DNA from: a virus
Length of the DNA stretch: 64,000 bases
Virus record (IMG/VR): IMGVR_UViG_3300009104_000002
Span: 32,001-96,000 of that record
Direction: 5' to 3' (one strand)
Of the stretch, positions 45,008-54,162 are shown piece after piece; within the stretch, counting starts at the first letter, position 1; the number at the start of each line of letters is the position of its first letter. The notes under the pieces are model-generated. The model was not told the DNA's origin. It worked only from the letters and a program-made list of their open reading frames with translations, and did no database searches. The translations under genes were made by a program, and so were the position numbers.

Positions 45008-46114
45008 CTACTCTTCGGATTCATAAAAATCTTCTGCTTTTCCCTCGCGTCTCTCGAATTTATAAATAATTTCCTCATCTATAATCTGATAAACACGTTG
45101 GCGAAATTTATCATCTTGCATTTTCTCGACCCACTTCGCTGACTGGAATTTCTCTGTTGAGCCATCCTCGAAAACCATAGTATACCAGGCCCCTGACTGG
45201 ATAATATTATCGGAGCCACTCACAGCATCGAAGAGTGACTCGTCGTCTTGGATAGCGACATCATTCCCGCCCCAAAGGATGCGGAAATTACATTGTCGCC
45301 CAGAGGTTCCGAAGCGAGACTTCTCTAATTTTACTTTGACCTCGGATCCAATTCGGAATCCATTATCGTCAAGTACGAAACTCTTCTTCGCTTTGCGGCC
45401 TGTGAGCCAGATTCGAAGAGAGTAGGCGTAACTCATAGCTTTCCCTCCTGGGGTCACATATGGGGTAGTCATCGCCTCAGAAGCAATTCTCGTAATATTT
45501 GTCTTCAACTGATTTAGGACCAACAGGGTCGCATCCGCATTTGCAATCTGAATTGTTAATTTTGACATTGCTCGTGCTAAAATTCGAGCCTTCATGGCCA
45601 TTTGGGACATTGGGTCAAAGCTTCCCTGCACCTCACTCTCGCAGGGAGTCAGCGCTAACGAATCCCAGATAAACAGCATTTTATTGCCGGAGTCCAAAAG
45701 CTCTTCGATGGTTTCCAAAACAAACTCAACAGAAGTGGCCTGGATATATAGAAGCCTATCTAAATCACAGCCGGCATTTGCCAAAAAGGATGGGTCGATT
45801 GCAGACTCCGAATCAAAATAAACCACCTCAATGCCCTTCTTTTGAGCATTTGCTGCAATTTGTGCAGCCATATAGGACTTTCCTGTGGCCTCAAGGCCCG
45901 CGATTTCGACAACTTTACTTACTGGAATTCCTGCATATTTTCCTCGACAGATAATTGAATCAAGCCAACGAGAGCCGGTGGGAATCCATTCCTTCACCTC
46001 AGTTGGATTTTCTTCCTTGAGGTCGAAGGCGACATTCATACCGGCCTTTTTGTTGACAAGTTTTCTCATTTCTTGCATCGTAAGTTTGCCCGATGATTTT
46101 GTTTTTCTTGCCAT
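45008..46114 (-). CDS. recA: RecA/UvsX-like recombinase
   Basis: PTGS..LD, GLEATGKS, DSESAID, WDSLA, LNQ, TPGGKA. Confidence 0.95.
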   Translation of the reverse strand: MARKTKSSGKLTMQEMRKLVNKKAGMNVAFDLKEENPTEVKEWIPTGSRWLDSIICRGKYAGIPVSKVVEIAGLEATGKSYMAAQIAANAQKKGIEVVYFDSESAIDPSFLANAGCDLDRLLYIQATSVEFVLETIEELLDSGNKMLFIWDSLALTPCESEVQGSFDPMSQMAMKARILARAMSKLTIQIANADATLLVLNQLKTNITRIASEAMTTPYVTPGGKAMSYAYSLRIWLTGRKAKKSFVLDDNGFRIGSEVKVKLEKSRFGTSGRQCNFRILWGGNDVAIQDDESLFDAVSGSDNIIQSGAWYTMVFEDGSTEKFQSAKWVEKMQDDKFRQRVYQIIDEEIIYKFERREGKAEDFYESEE

Positions 46115-46118
46115 TTAT

Positions 46119-46301
46119 TTACCCCCGCATCCCATTTTCGAGGAGTTTGCGGCGCTCGGCCTGTTCCTTACGGCGCCGAACGTTTTCTTCATGCTTCTTC
46201 TGTTGCTTTGCAATCCTCATAGCCGTCGCTTTTAGTTTTCTCTTGGCACTTTTTCTGGCAAGTCGTGCGGCGCGTCGTTGTAAATATTCTTTTGTCATCA
46301 C
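46119..46301 (-). CDS. Very basic small protein
   Basis: R/K-rich 60 aa, AAGGAAG RBS. Confidence 0.5.
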   Translation of the reverse strand: MMTKEYLQRRAARLARKSAKRKLKATAMRIAKQQKKHEENVRRRKEQAERRKLLENGMRG

Positions 46302-46312
46302 ACTTCCTTATT

Positions 46313-46357
46313 AAAAAGTGAGGCACCTGTACCCCGTGCCTCCCTGCGGGCAGGGGG
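46313..46357 (-). terminator. Conserved 3' element copy A (double hairpin plus U-tract)
   Basis: CCCTG-CCCG-CAGGG, GAGGCAC-N9-GTGCCTC, then ACTTTTT. Confidence 0.7.
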
Positions 46358-46361
46358 TATC

Positions 46362-46829
46362 CTATGTGGTGGTGTCTTCTTCTGGCGTGGTTGTTGTAGT
46401 GCCCACACCCACTAATTCAACTTCGAACTGCAGGGCTTTTCCCGCCAGTGGGTGATTTAAATCTACGGTCACCGTTTCGGTACCAACTTCGCTCACTCTT
46501 CCGAGCAAGTGCCTCCCGTCAGAAGTGGCCAGTGGCACTGGCATACCCTCTGTCAACTCCACTTCCGCCGGGAATGAGGTACGCGGGATTGAGGTCGAGG
46601 CCTCTGGATTAACCTCCCCATATGCCTCAGAAGAAGTGAGGTTAATTGTCTTTTTATCTCCCACTGCCATCCCTACGATAGCGTCAGAGAAGCCAGAAAT
46701 CATTTGGCCACTTCCAATTTCAAATTCAATCGGGGTACCGCGAGAATACGAGTTATCGAATTCGGTACCATCTGTTAATGTGCCGCGATAATGAACAGAA
46801 ACATTATCGCCAGTTGTAGCTGTAGTCAT
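46362..46829 (-). CDS. FKBP-type peptidyl-prolyl isomerase (SlyD/FkpB-like)
   Basis: VSVHYRG, FDNS, G..I.GF..A..GM, AYG, DLNHPLAGK.L.F.V. Confidence 0.93.
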   Translation of the reverse strand: MTTATTGDNVSVHYRGTLTDGTEFDNSYSRGTPIEFEIGSGQMISGFSDAIVGMAVGDKKTINLTSSEAYGEVNPEASTSIPRTSFPAEVELTEGMPVPLATSDGRHLLGRVSEVGTETVTVDLNHPLAGKALQFEVELVGVGTTTTTPEEDTTT

Positions 46830-46843
46830 GGTTTTTCCTTTTT

Positions 46844-46891
46844 AAAAATAAGTGAGACACCTATAAACCCGTGCCTCCCTGCGGTGGGGGG
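46844..46891 (-). terminator. Conserved 3' element copy B
   Basis: CCGCAGGGAGGCACGGG-TTTA-TAGGTGTCTCACT-TATTTTT, nearly identical to copy A. Confidence 0.7.
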
Positions 46892-46893
46892 TG

Positions 46894-47667
46894 TTAGTTT
46901 CCTGTCAACTCATTAAACGCAGCCACTACATCAGATGTAGTAGACGGCACTGAAACGTCTGCCTGATCAATAGTATCCTCCGATCCAGATAAAGACTGAA
47001 TAAATCCGTCCAAAGCGGCTTGAACTTCCTCCTGTGTCTTCTTAGGAAAAAGGCTATCAATATTTGGGATGTTGTCCATCAGACGGGAACATTCCTCTTC
47101 TCCCCCTACGGCCTCGTCACAAAGTGGCGATGTGCGACGGCGGGGTGTCAAAGTAGTCTTTGGAAACTGGGCACCGGGTGGCTTACCATAAGTGAGAGTC
47201 AGATCGGTTCCGTCATCGATATCTGTAATATCTCCATACTCGGGGTTCAAAACCAAATTAAGGAGTGAGGTATATGCCTCTTTCCCATAGCCCCAGATAC
47301 GGATTCCTTCTGATTCCTCACCACGGACCATAACTGGCGAAAAGAAGCGTTGACGAGGGCTCAAGTCTTTTGCGAGCTTCATCGTATCAGGATCCTGATT
47401 GCTGTTAAATTCTTTCCAGAGCTGGTCCTTAAAATTACAGATTGGACAATCCTCTCCGTGATTTTTGTTTGGACAAAGCAAGCCGCCCCTCTGATCTGGG
47501 CCCAAATTATAATGAAACCAATAATCCTTGAAGGGGTCGCCATCTTCCGTTGGTACAATACGAATTGTTTGAGTACCATCCTTGGGGCGCCAAAACGACC
47601 CCCCAGCTTTTCCGTTGTTTTTTACGCTATCGAGCCGTGCTCGAATTTTTGCGATATCTAATGCCAT
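46894..47667 (-). CDS. Single-stranded DNA-binding protein (T4 gp32-like)
   Basis: FWRP...IRIVP...PF..YWFH, CPIC, R.FS.V.VR, D.TD..DG.D; acidic tail. Confidence 0.8.
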   Translation of the reverse strand: MALDIAKIRARLDSVKNNGKAGGSFWRPKDGTQTIRIVPTEDGDPFKDYWFHYNLGPDQRGGLLCPNKNHGEDCPICNFKDQLWKEFNSNQDPDTMKLAKDLSPRQRFFSPVMVRGEESEGIRIWGYGKEAYTSLLNLVLNPEYGDITDIDDGTDLTLTYGKPPGAQFPKTTLTPRRRTSPLCDEAVGGEEECSRLMDNIPNIDSLFPKKTQEEVQAALDGFIQSLSGSEDTIDQADVSVPSTTSDVVAAFNELTGN

Positions 47668-47746
47668 GTTAATTTTCTCCTTTTATTATTGAAATTGTGC
47701 CATTGGCTAAAGTAAAGACGACAAATCTCTCGCCTTTCTATTATAT

Positions 47747-47775
47747 AATATAACATTTTTTTGAATGCTTGTCAA
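47747..47775 (-). promoter_or_regulatory. sigma70-type promoter (class B)
   Basis: TTGACA-17bp-TGT-TATATT. Confidence 0.75.
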
Positions 47776-47790
47776 GCATTATTTTCATTT

Positions 47791-48060
47791 TTATTCAAAA
47801 TCCTTGATAAGCTCAAAATGATTTAAGCCCTCAATGTCGAATGTCTTAATCTCTCCAACAATTGTTTTTCTATTAAAGACACGAAATCCTTGCTTATCTA
47901 AATCCCAAACAAGGTTGCTTCCTTCGGTAAGATTTGTTTTCTTACCGGTGCCCTTGGTCTGGGAAATAAAAAATCCTTCTGGGAGGTCTACCAACTCAAC
48001 GAATCTCATTGTCCTCAGGCTCCCGTCTTTCTTCTTAAAAATTCCTAAATTTGCTTTCAC
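47791..48060 (-). CDS. WYL/SH3-like beta-barrel small protein
   Basis: F.KKDGSLR.M...LVWDLDKQGFR.F. Confidence 0.65.
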   Translation of the reverse strand: MKANLGIFKKKDGSLRTMRFVELVDLPEGFFISQTKGTGKKTNLTEGSNLVWDLDKQGFRVFNRKTIVGEIKTFDIEGLNHFELIKDFE

Positions 48061-48896
48061 TCTACTTCCTGTAATTGTATGTGTGGTGTTCTTTCTATAA
48101 TATATCCAAAATCTTGTTCATAATCTGACGAGTATACTGCATATGTTATATTGACATTTTCTTTTGATTTTAATTTTATTTGATTTTTCAATCTCCTAAA
48201 TAGTTCTTTATCTGTTTTCAGCTTCTCCTCGCTTATACTATAAATATAGCATTTTTCACGAGAGTTGTCAAGGGAAAAAAACATTTTTTCTTCATTTTTT
48301 TCCACGTCGAAAAGCCCGATCGTGACAACGCGGTGGGTTTCTTTTGGTTTTTCAATTTTGCCAATGGCTGCATCTGTATTATAAAATACATTTATCATAT
48401 GGAAAACGGAAACAAGCGCTTCGTTTAGCTTATCATAATAACCGATAATTGGTGCGCCTCCCACTACCGAGTCAAGCACTGTATTGGAAACTAGGCAAAT
48501 TTTCTCAAAAACACCAGAGCGAGCATACTCTTGAAGCACGCCGAAAACTAATCTTTCTTGCATTTTTTGTGTCTGATTTAGCATTTCCAAATCTGGCTTG
48601 ATATAGAGGATAGAAATGGGCAAATGTTTGATGTTTTGAAGAATTTTTAAAGAAGCACAAGAGGCTTTGCCACCGCCGGCAACAACGAATGTAGTCTCCC
48701 CAACAATTCCCTTGAAAAAAGTTTTCATCTTTGGAAATTTATATGCTTCAAATTCTTCGGGCGCTTCAAAGCTTGGTATATTATAACATCCATCTCCAGA
48801 AATGCCGACATCTATTTTAAAAATTTTATATTGAGGATGCTGTGAGAGTTCATCTGCCACCTTGCACCCTGCAGATCCCAATCCTATAATATTCAT
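48057..48896 (-). CDS. Tubulin/FtsZ-like GTPase
   Basis: IIGLGSAGCKVAD (T1 loop), VVAGGGKASCAS (T4-loop position), ICLVSN, LNEAL, NTD. Confidence 0.75.
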   Translation of the reverse strand: MNIIGLGSAGCKVADELSQHPQYKIFKIDVGISGDGCYNIPSFEAPEEFEAYKFPKMKTFFKGIVGETTFVVAGGGKASCASLKILQNIKHLPISILYIKPDLEMLNQTQKMQERLVFGVLQEYARSGVFEKICLVSNTVLDSVVGGAPIIGYYDKLNEALVSVFHMINVFYNTDAAIGKIEKPKETHRVVTIGLFDVEKNEEKMFFSLDNSREKCYIYSISEEKLKTDKELFRRLKNQIKLKSKENVNITYAVYSSDYEQDFGYIIERTPHIQLQEVE

Positions 48897-48897
48897 T

Positions 48898-50079
48898 TCA
48901 CACCTCCAGCTTTCTTAGTCTTCCAAAATTATTGCCAACACCTATATTCACTTTAAATTTACCAAGAGCAGTGTTGGAGAAAATATCTATGATTTCTGGC
49001 AATTTTTCTTTGTCTTCACTAGAAAGGTCAAGTACAATAGAATCATGGATCGGGAAAGCAACATATGATTTACATCCTTTTAAATAATTAGACACCTTTA
49101 TCATTTGTCTCAGGACATTTTCTGCACAAGTGCTCTGAATAATATAGTTCAATGCAGTTCTTTCTGTCGAAGGAATCACCTTGTCCCAAAAGGTCGTCAC
49201 TTGGCCCTGAGTGAAGTATTTTTGTACCACCAACTCTCTATTGTACGCGCGTTCGCACATATGGTCGTCGCTTTCGGGGTTGTAGAGCCAAGCAAAAATT
49301 CTTTTTTTAGCCTCGTCCCTCGTTAGTGAGTCTTGAAATATGTTTTTAATATTCCACTCATGGATATCCCCCTCCGGCTGTTGCCTTCCCTGCAAAGAAA
49401 GCAGGGTTCTCAATTCCGCCGCATTAAAGTCCAATTCGACAAAATAATCATTATGTGGTTCGATTGTGCACCTAAGTTCCTTTTTAAGAGTCAAGATTGG
49501 AAAACTTCTAGGCTCTGTCGTCAATCTTCCCGTCTTTGTTCCAAAGATATTAAACTTGCACGAATGTTCAATCTTATTTAAGTTTTGTGCAAACTTTCTA
49601 TGTTCTGATTTAAACAAAGATAAATTCTTTGGGTTTATGTTTAATTTTCTGTATTTCATGTCTTCTAATATTTTAGACAGAGATACAAGATAATCATAAT
49701 TTATTGGACGACTATAGTAGTCAAAGACGTGTTCACATATTTTATTTTTAACCTGACAAAACTCTATGAGGAATTTTTTAGGAACCAAATCAAAAAAACA
49801 GTTCTCATCAAGCGATACACGAGCCGTATTAAATGATTTGATGAAAGCCTTGAGTTTGTTGCTTGCGTCTTCCCAGCGCTCCCTCAGGGCCTCTGGGCAT
49901 ACGATATCCAAGGACTTTCCTCCACAATAAAGCTTGGCATACTCAATCTCCCTTTCCTTGAGAAATCCCGAATATGACCAAGTGTGAGTCAGGTCGTGGG
50001 GAAGGTTTTCTCCAAAAATTAGATCACCATAGAAAATTCCAACACAATCCTTTTTGTCATCAAGCGTCTGAAAGAGCAA
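48898..50079 (-). CDS. Compact family A DNA polymerase (polymerase domain only)
   Basis: TKTGRLTT, motif A LDFNAAELR, motif B RDEAKKRIFAWLY, NYIIQSTCA, motif C HDS. Confidence 0.85.
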   Translation of the reverse strand: MLFQTLDDKKDCVGIFYGDLIFGENLPHDLTHTWSYSGFLKEREIEYAKLYCGGKSLDIVCPEALRERWEDASNKLKAFIKSFNTARVSLDENCFFDLVPKKFLIEFCQVKNKICEHVFDYYSRPINYDYLVSLSKILEDMKYRKLNINPKNLSLFKSEHRKFAQNLNKIEHSCKFNIFGTKTGRLTTEPRSFPILTLKKELRCTIEPHNDYFVELDFNAAELRTLLSLQGRQQPEGDIHEWNIKNIFQDSLTRDEAKKRIFAWLYNPESDDHMCERAYNRELVVQKYFTQGQVTTFWDKVIPSTERTALNYIIQSTCAENVLRQMIKVSNYLKGCKSYVAFPIHDSIVLDLSSEDKEKLPEIIDIFSNTALGKFKVNIGVGNNFGRLRKLEV

Positions 50080-50086
50080 TATTACC

Positions 50087-51346
50087 TCAGTATAATTCGT
50101 TAATGGATCTCTTTAATAATATTATAACATGTTCAGAGAAATTGTCAATACTTAAATTATTATTTTGCAAAAAATAATCCTCCAAAGTCGTTCTGGATGT
50201 GGATCCCTTCTGCAAAAACGGGAATCTAAATTTTTTGTCAATGTAATCATCTCGACCACGAGGAAGGTCTATTGCATTGAAAATTATTTTTTTAATTTCA
50301 GAATCGGTATATTGAAAGTCTGCTTCCTTATTCTTTACCTTGATATATTGCTTTATCCAATAGTTTTCTGTCAATACATCTCTTGAGACTTCAAGCTTGT
50401 CTGCTGATTTTCTATCGAATTTACATCTATTTTCCGTATAATATCCTTTTTTGTCGACCAAGTCATTATATCCCAAGATCACTGTCGATAACAAATATTC
50501 TATATCTCTTGTTCTTGCTCTCAAAAATCTGCTATTTAAGTATCTTTGTACAACATCGCCGGAACCTTTTAATTTTGATGAGTTAGCGGGAGATGATATA
50601 TCGAAATTAAGTCTCCAGGGAATATTTTTATCTATTAAGAAGCCCGCTTCACGAGCAGCATCTTTATAGAAATCAAAATTTATGCTATTTAAAATTATTT
50701 GCTTATCGGCATTTCTGGAAGGATCAAGGTCTGCGATCTCTATTGATAGGCCGGAATTCATAGCGGAAACATTCGAAGATAAAATATGTGATGTCTTTGT
50801 TAAGTATTTTATATCTTTCTCGCTCATGATATATAAAAAGAATTCCTTTGAATAATCTTTTATGTTTTTTATTTTATTTTCTGAACGATCTTGAAATAGT
50901 TTTTTATTAAAATTTTCAATAATATCTATTAAATATTTATTATATTCTATCATCGGATCCGAATAGGCTCTATAAATTTTTATATTTTCAAGATAATTGT
51001 CAGAAGAAAGTCGACCTGCCTTAGCTGCCGACTTGAAGAATCCTAAAAATTCCTGATATGAATCGGCCACTTCCGGCAACATATAAAAAAGGTCATCACC
51101 CTGCGAGATGTAACTCATATATTCCTGGATCGGCTCAATTACAGCCATGGTCTTGTCGACCTTTCCATAAAGAATATTTTCTTTTTTCCAATAATCTTTT
51201 ATTCCTGGAAATGTTTTTATATCTATATTTTTTGGGTCTATGTCTTGGGTTGTTGATAAGAAAAACAATTCATACAAGATCCTCTCATAAAATATATTTC
51301 GAGCATCTGTTGAATTAGTTGAAGTTAAGGTTATTGGTTTTGTCAT
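50087..51346 (-). CDS. Hypothetical protein (AT-rich)
   Basis: 419-aa ORF coupled to the baseplate gene; contains an IDKNIPWRL motif. Confidence 0.75.
   Translation of the reverse strand: MTKPITLTSTNSTDARNIFYERILYELFFLSTTQDIDPKNIDIKTFPGIKDYWKKENILYGKVDKTMAVIEPIQEYMSYISQGDDLFYMLPEVADSYQEFLGFFKSAAKAGRLSSDNYLENIKIYRAYSDPMIEYNKYLIDIIENFNKKLFQDRSENKIKNIKDYSKEFFLYIMSEKDIKYLTKTSHILSSNVSAMNSGLSIEIADLDPSRNADKQIILNSINFDFYKDAAREAGFLIDKNIPWRLNFDISSPANSSKLKGSGDVVQRYLNSRFLRARTRDIEYLLSTVILGYNDLVDKKGYYTENRCKFDRKSADKLEVSRDVLTENYWIKQYIKVKNKEADFQYTDSEIKKIIFNAIDLPRGRDDYIDKKFRFPFLQKGSTSRTTLEDYFLQNNNLSIDNFSEHVIILLKRSINELY
50121..50148 (-). promoter_or_regulatory. Promoter for the polA-like/tubulin operon
   Basis: TTGACA-16bp-TGT-TATAAT. 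Confidence 0.6.
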
Positions 51347-54153
51347 TAGCTATCTTCCGTTCCTGCGCCTGCCTTATCTGTTTCTGTAAACTTTGCTTTT
51401 CCATCGCCTGCGCTATTCCAAATTGCCTCGACCGAAGTTTCAAAAGTACCATCAGAAATAGAGTGATCAACTTTTGTTACAAAATGATAGCCTCCAAGTC
51501 CCATAATATTTGAAATGGATCCTTTTTTCCAGGGGCGCCCTATATCTCCCATAGAGGTTGGATTGACAAATATTAAAGATCCGGGCTCAACAACGATGTT
51601 TCCAAAGAGTTTTATGGTAACATTGAAGATGTTGGATAATATATTGAATGGACTAGAGGCATTTTCTACAAGTCTGTGTTCTCTGGCATATTCCCAGCTT
51701 AATTTTTCAAATGATATATTTTTCACAATTGATGTGGCCTCTCCCAGTTGAAAATGTGGAATTCCGCTTGCCTCATCTCTTTTTTTAGAATCGGCATATG
51801 TTCCAGTTATTTTTAAATCCAAGGCGCTGGGATTTGAATAGACAATCATTGCTGGAATATCCACTCCGGGTGCGAATTGTGCAAAGGGAGGATTCAGAAA
51901 GGAAGGATTCAGGCTCACCCTATTTGACTTGAGTGGGCCGAAATTGGCTCCGGTTAAAAAAGAACTTTTATTTTTATCAAACTCCAAATATGAAGTTCTA
52001 AAACTGCGGCTATCATCATTCTGACTATTCCAAAATTTTTCCAATTTATTTGAAACAATATATGCCATCAATTCTTTAATAAACATTCCCAAAGATTTTG
52101 TTTGGGTATCTTCGGAAATAATTTTATCATACATGAAGCTGGCGAATAATGACAAATGTATTGGAATATCTGCAATATTATAAGTTTTATTACCCACCTT
52201 AAAATCACACAAAATTGCCCTATAATTAGACAGGGGACCAATGGGGGTGCCACTCATTTTGGCAACCTCCTCGTTGGTACCTATTCTTATGGCTGCCTCA
52301 ATAATGTCTCCAAGGAATGTAAAATAAATACGATGCCTCCCATCATCCGCTTTTTCTGCATTTTCGAAAAGAACATTGGAAGACCCAGCATCGACCGCCT
52401 GTTGCAAATAATGGATGGAATCTGTGGCGCTGCCAGGTATCGGGATGGCGGGTATTAGCGGCTGCTCAGATTTTATTATATCGACTAGAGATAAATCCGA
52501 AAAATATATTGAATTTTCTTCTGTCAACTCATTTAGCATCCTTTGGTATGCCTCTTTTTTGGAATCAGATATTAGTTTTGTCCTTTCGTCCTTAAGCTCA
52601 TTCCTTTCATCCTTGTCTCCTGCTTCGTCAATTTTATCCTGCAAATTGTTTATTTTTCTAACCGTGGGGACTTCCGGAGCTACAACATTTATTAATTTAT
52701 CTCTTGCTAGCGACTCGCTTCTTGCTCGATAATCTATTTGAAGCTCGACGGTTCCGGACCCTCCCTCATCGAATGATATAGAATAATCTTCCATTGTCAA
52801 CAACAAAGAGACAGAGTTATCTTCTATTATTCTCTTTTCCCCCGGAGTCGCAGAATTCGGAATCTCCCACCCTGCTTCAACCAAAATATCTTGCTGATAT
52901 TTTCCTTTATTTGGCTTTGCTTTCGAATTTTCGTCTGTCGCCAAAAGAAGATCAAGATATTTATATTTTCCGGCTCCAGAGTCCCTCTCGACAGTTAATT
53001 GTGCGAAGTCCTGAAAATACAAGACAAGGGATGCCGTTATGTCTCGATTGGCCGAATATGTGTCGGTTCCAATATAGCTCCATGAAAAGGATTTTATACC
53101 AAAGCCAGCCCTAGTTTTATAGAATGTTCCCGTCGTAGTTGTCGCACTATAATTGAAAATATCTTTGATATCTGGCTGATATTGGCCTCCCTTGCCGACT
53201 CCAGTACTAAAAGGAAACGGTATGGGAATAATTGTTGTTTTTTTGTCTTTGTAGGATACTTTAGAGAGTTTTATCCTTGGCACCAAAGAAGATAGAGTTT
53301 TTGTACTCAATGTTGCTATTTTTGCTGCTTCGCTCCTTTGTGAGAGCTTTCCAATTGGATTTTCACTGCTGTCTTCAAGGGGAACTGTTTTTGTATACTG
53401 GATGGCCTGGGCGATGAGCGGGGGGTGTCCGGGGTTTCGGCGCGCAGAATAAGGCGATAAAATTGGCATTTGCTGAAGCAGATATCGCTGTGGTCCAAAT
53501 TTTAAAGCTGATGCCAACTCCAGCTCAAGTGCCTCTGTTGCTGCTGTATCCTCTTCTTCATCGGATGGGCCTGGTATTGGATTTCCGTCTGAATCTGTTT
53601 TCGGCTCGTCAGGTGGCACAATTCCTTTTTCTTTCAGTACTTTCTCAAGTAATTTTTTTTCTTCCTCATCTGCTAAAAATTTCTTAACAGCTTCGTCTTC
53701 AACCGCAGCATTGTCAACATTATCAACTATCTCGGTTGCTCTTTCTTTTGCCTCCACTCTTGCCTTTGTTGTTTGATATGTTCCTATCAAATCTAACAAT
53801 TCATCGTCATTTAATTTCGAAGGGAGGGCGTTATTGACATCAAGAATTTTTATAATCGCTTCCGCATCTTCGCCATAAATGCCCCTTGCAACGGAAGCTG
53901 CGATTTTGGGATTGGAAGACAAGCTCTTCATTGTCGCAAGATTTGCCTTATCAATCGAGGCTTTGGTTGGGTCGAGGGTGGCCAAGGCACTGTGAAGGGC
54001 AGACGACCCTTGTGTGACACCTTCTTGCTTGGCTGGATTGCCGTCACTCCAATAACTAGGCGAAGTTGCTTCTGAATCAATTTTTTGCAAATCACCTTCA
54101 AATCCAGGAATTTGTGATAAAAATATTAATTTGTCTTTTGGAGTGAGTGCCAT
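51346..54153 (-). CDS. Baseplate hub-like protein
   Basis: C-terminal V.IKLFGN...EPG...LGGY.FVTKV.HSI..GTFETS typical of hub/gpD-like folds; position after the LysM-like gene. Confidence 0.65.
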   Translation of the reverse strand: MALTPKDKLIFLSQIPGFEGDLQKIDSEATSPSYWSDGNPAKQEGVTQGSSALHSALATLDPTKASIDKANLATMKSLSSNPKIAASVARGIYGEDAEAIIKILDVNNALPSKLNDDELLDLIGTYQTTKARVEAKERATEIVDNVDNAAVEDEAVKKFLADEEEKKLLEKVLKEKGIVPPDEPKTDSDGNPIPGPSDEEEDTAATEALELELASALKFGPQRYLLQQMPILSPYSARRNPGHPPLIAQAIQYTKTVPLEDSSENPIGKLSQRSEAAKIATLSTKTLSSLVPRIKLSKVSYKDKKTTIIPIPFPFSTGVGKGGQYQPDIKDIFNYSATTTTGTFYKTRAGFGIKSFSWSYIGTDTYSANRDITASLVLYFQDFAQLTVERDSGAGKYKYLDLLLATDENSKAKPNKGKYQQDILVEAGWEIPNSATPGEKRIIEDNSVSLLLTMEDYSISFDEGGSGTVELQIDYRARSESLARDKLINVVAPEVPTVRKINNLQDKIDEAGDKDERNELKDERTKLISDSKKEAYQRMLNELTEENSIYFSDLSLVDIIKSEQPLIPAIPIPGSATDSIHYLQQAVDAGSSNVLFENAEKADDGRHRIYFTFLGDIIEAAIRIGTNEEVAKMSGTPIGPLSNYRAILCDFKVGNKTYNIADIPIHLSLFASFMYDKIISEDTQTKSLGMFIKELMAYIVSNKLEKFWNSQNDDSRSFRTSYLEFDKNKSSFLTGANFGPLKSNRVSLNPSFLNPPFAQFAPGVDIPAMIVYSNPSALDLKITGTYADSKKRDEASGIPHFQLGEATSIVKNISFEKLSWEYAREHRLVENASSPFNILSNIFNVTIKLFGNIVVEPGSLIFVNPTSMGDIGRPWKKGSISNIMGLGGYHFVTKVDHSISDGTFETSVEAIWNSAGDGKAKFTETDKAGAGTEDS

Positions 54154-54162
54154 TTGGTATCC

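Noticed and set aside
29369-46114. Inteins or introns in dnaE, RNR, helicase or recA
   Set aside because: The ORFs are continuous and of ordinary length, with no splice-junction or homing-endonuclease motifs seen.
48057-48896. Nucleus-forming (phiKZ-like) phage inferred from the tubulin gene
   Set aside because: Host sigma70 promoters, DnaE and a T4-like tail module do not fit, and no shell protein or multisubunit RNAP gene is visible in the window.
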